NCBI GenBank assembly: GCA_030390025.1
Contig: CM059432.1
Location: forward strand, 45,944,001-46,008,000
Direction of reading: 5' to 3'
DNA from: Squalus acanthias
Taxonomy: Eukaryota
Length of the DNA: 64,000 nucleotides
The translations under genes and the position numbers were made by a program. The notes beneath the pieces were generated by a model that made no database searches, had not been told where the DNA came from, and saw only the letters and a list, made by a program, of their open reading frames with translations. Within the stretch, counting starts at the first letter, position 1; every line of letters starts with the position of its first letter. This document shows positions 60,451-64,000 of the stretch, piece after piece.

Positions 60451-61284
60451 TGAAGGAAAGGCCATATTAGTCAGGCCTAAAACTTGGGGTGAGTGTAGCC
60501 CTTTATTAACAACAATGGTAACTCCATCTTCACTGGTGACGGGGCAAGCAAGGACATCCGCGGGCATGGCAGCTACAGCCACTCCTGCTGCTCCGTCTAG
60601 CTGTTAAATACAAGTCTTTAGGATCTTCCTGGTATGGGGAGGAGATGTCTTCACCCAGGACAGCTGGAACTGGCCAGGCACAGTCTTCCACCAAATCTTG
60701 TTAATGGGAATAGAAAGAAGATCTTCACCCAGGCAGCTCCAGCGGTCCCGGGCCAGGCAATGGGGGGTGGTGTTTATAAGTGTGTGCGGTCTAGTTGATT
60801 TTGATACAGCGCACACACACACACACACCCCTCACAATCTTTCAGCCTTTATCTTCTTTCCTCCCCTCACCTACAGGTAATAGTCTTGAAAAGAAAGTGC
60901 ACCCACACCCACCTTATGTTGATCTTTGGTTGGTAGAAGTCTCTCTCCTTCCAAGTAGATGTTATTTTCTTCCAGTTGTTGTAGAAGTTGTAGTTGTGGT
61001 TCTTCCTCACTCTCTCAAAACGGCGAGCCCACAAGCAAGCAAGCAAATTGCTCCCCTTCTCCCTGCTTTCTAGTAGAGCCAGTAGGACAACTAAAGCTAT
61101 TTAGAAGCCTTTATTCACAGACACACAGTACATACTGTGCACCCCAAGATCAGCTTGCACCCCTTCCCCAGTCTACTCCCATATATATATGTGCACAAGA
61201 GAGTCCCTTCACCTGAATACAATTAACACCCAATTGCTATACGCCACAAAAATACAATTAACAATACCCACAGTGGCAGGCGTC

Positions 61285-61475
61285 CCCAGGGTGCAAGGTT
61301 CCATAGACTGCAGACATATTGACTTACGCCTATTACCAGCCTGGCATCTTTATCAATCATAAAGGATTCCGCTCCCTCAACATCCAACTGGTTGGCGACC
61401 ACATGCAGCGCATTATGCAGGTCAGTGGCCGCTATCCTGGCAGCAGTCATGACTCTTTAATCCTGCGCCAGTCCT
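61285..61475 (+). pseudogene. Harbinger transposase fragment
   Basis: FINHKGFRSLNIQLVGDH...YPGSSHDSLILRQ. Confidence 0.75.
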
Positions 61476-62589
61476 TTGGGTCACTGGCATCCCAGCAGAT
61501 TCCAGTTCAGAATGGACACCACTGTCCTGACAGCCAAAGGAGTCTTGAGAACTGCGATGAGAATTATCTTCATTTTGGTTGAATATTTCAAAGATGATTT
61601 GAACCCTAAACTAAAATAACACAGTAAAATTCATATGAGGTGAATTTCCACAGATGTTCTCCCACTTGCTCATCATAATTTTGGCGAAAGAGTCACAGAA
61701 ACCCCTGGAAAAATGGCACAGCACCATTTACAGATTCCTGTGATTTTTGTGGTTCTTCTATCAAAGTTACAAGAGAAACCCCATAGAAATTCACCCCTAT
61801 ATTTTTAACTCATTGCAAGAATATCAAAAGTTGTCAAATTCCACTTTAGAATTTCTCATCATTGATTTACAGAAAACAATTGTTTTGATTCTATATAGCA
61901 AAAAGGTTATGTTTTCACTATCTCCCAAAAAAACGTCTATAGAAGTAGATTTGAATTGAAATGAACACGTATACCAGTGCAATACATTTTTTATCCCATA
62001 GTAATTTTTTTCTCTTATGGAACTTGTGAGCAAAGCTTAGAATCCATGTGATAAAACTAATATTGTCATAGAGCCGGCATGGTCTACAGCTGGCGAAGTT
62101 GGAGAGGACTGCTAAAAAATAGGGCATCTTGGGGCCAGGGGAGGAGGGAGCAGTGGCGATCAAGATGGTGGTTAAATGTGAGGAGCTCTCCTGCTCCTCC
62201 GAATCCACATTCAGGTAAATTATTTACTTTCTGTGTTGTAGATGTTCCATAGGGCTGGTTTCCCTGAGTGCAGCTCAGGGCAAACCAATGTTGGAGCAGG
62301 GACCTCAAGCAGGCGTTAGGTCTCTTATGTGCATATGGAAAGAGCCTAATGCTTGCTTCAGGCATGGGTAAAGCACGCCTCTTGTTTTCCTAACCAAATA
62401 TGGCGGGTTGCGCACTTCTGGTGGGAAGTGTGTGCGCAATTCCTGCCTGCCATTTTGGAGCCTTAGTAGCCCATGGAGCACCTGAAAAACAAGCCCTACA
62501 TGGTCCAATTTCTAGGTCATTAAAATTGTTTCATTATTATTATTCAAAATTGCCACGTTCCAACGATGCAGTTCACTGAATTTCAACAA

Positions 62590-62995
62590 TAACGACAACT
62601 TGCATTTATATAACACTTTTAACACAGTAAAAACATCCCAAGGTGCTTCTCAGGAGTGTTATTAGACAGCCTTTGACACTGAGCCACATAAAGAGATATT
62701 TGGACAGATGACCAAAAGTTTGGTATAAGAAGTAGGTTTTAAGGAGCGACTTAAAGAAGGAGTGAGAGGTAGAGAGGCAGAGAGGTTAGGGAGGAAATTC
62801 CATAGCTTAAGTCCGAGGCAGCCGAAGGCAAAGCCGCCAATGATGGAGCAATGTAAATCAGTGATGTGCCAGAGGCCAGAATTGGAGGAGGGTTGTAAAG
62901 CTGAAGGAGGTTTCAGAGATAGGGAGGGGCGAGGCCATGGAAGGACGAGAATTTTAAAATTGAGGCGTTGTTGGTATAGCCAATGTAGGTCAGTG
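62590..62995 (-). mobile_element. L2-type LINE 3' fragment
   Basis: DLHWL...RLNFKILVL...GGFAF...KLWNFLP. The tail TATATAAATGCAAGTTG is shared with the SINE at 10685. Confidence 0.7.
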
Positions 62996-63410
62996 ACCAT
63001 TGTTGGATAAGATGAACAACCCATAATATAAGCACTCCAGTCACTGCATGTTTTGAGCTTGACGGATAGCAAAAAAATAACTTAATTTTATAGCTTTTTA
63101 ATATTTTTTTTAGAAATGTAATCCATTAACAATAAGGCTATGTATCAAAGGCAAATATGATGTGCCAATTTTTTAATTAGATTGAAATTTTGGATATTTT
63201 CAGCGTGATTAAGAGGATAACCCCAAAAACTAAAATGTAGCAAAAATCTATAGCATGTACCATATTTAATTGATTCAGGTACAGAATCTCTTAGTTGATT
63301 GTAGTCCTGAGCTCTATTACTCTACATGACAAAGTAATTAAGTAATCGACTTGCTTAACATAATTGTGGAAGACATGAATATAACATTCATGCAATTGTA
63401 ACTGTGTGGG

Positions 63411-64000
63411 TGTCGTAAGAATGAGCCTTACGCGTGGTGAACTTAAAGTAAGCTTTAATCAACTAAAAAGGTGCTACATACAAAAGAGGTCTTACTCTAT
63501 GCCTCTCCAGGATCCAACTGATCAGCCCAGTATTTATCCTGGACTAATCACAGGAAGTGATGTAATAAAGTTCGAGTCACAGGAAGCTGTATTGTGTTAC
63601 CACATTCTCCCCCCCCAAAAGATTAGGAGGCCGGGATGAAGTTCGAGTCACAGGAAGCTGTATTGTGTTACCACATTCTCCCTCCATTTCGTAGCCGCTG
63701 GACGAGGGAGAGCCGCACCCGTTTGGGTTCTCGTAGCGGTAGAGGGCCCCTAGCCCGTTTACCCGCCGCGGGCCGTGGACCAGAGTCCGAGTGATCCAGC
63801 CCGCTCTGTGAGGGGTCAGGACGATCCTGACTGTGTACTGGTGCCCGAACGGGTGTCGGGCAGGGCTGTGGCAGATCTGTTTCCGAGCGTATGGTACGGG
63901 GTGGATCGTGGCTGCGCGTGCGAGCCCCGACGGGCTCATAGTCAGTCTGCCCCAGGTCGGCACACTGGAGTGAGGTACCAGCCGGCGTCAGATCCAGATC
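63411..64000 (-). mobile_element. Second copy of the Gypsy element (3' LTR 63411-63604, PPT, pol 3' end), inverted, running off the window
   Basis: Reverse complement of 480-1031 with few substitutions and a 39-nt insertion. Confidence 0.9.

Overview
Repeat-dense eukaryotic DNA with no recognisable host gene. The SINE/CR1/Penelope repertoire suggests a cartilaginous fish (inference). The centrepiece is a nested pair of related endogenous retroviruses on the minus strand. The outer, degraded provirus (25500-49939) has 686-bp LTRs, TSD ATCC, a tRNA-Lys3-like PBS, and most of pol replaced by unrelated DNA. Inside it is a young, almost intact provirus (33610-47192) with ~1.6-kb LTRs about 99% identical and TSD CATA. 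The inner provirus has an open gag, an open pol with a tether plus a second RNase H, an in-frame UGA-CUAG gag-pol junction, and an env that looks Mononegavirales-F-like rather than gamma/beta-type and appears to carry an N-terminal Ig-like domain. This fits the lokiretrovirus architecture. Also present: Penelope-like insertions with minimal hammerhead ribozymes (one is an 854-bp hairpin), PIF/Harbinger elements with spliced Myb/SANT genes and their MITEs, several CR1/L2-type LINEs, a tRNA-derived SINE, a Tx1/L1 fragment, and two inverted copies of a Gypsy element at the window ends. Family assignments come from motif recognition by eye, not database searches.
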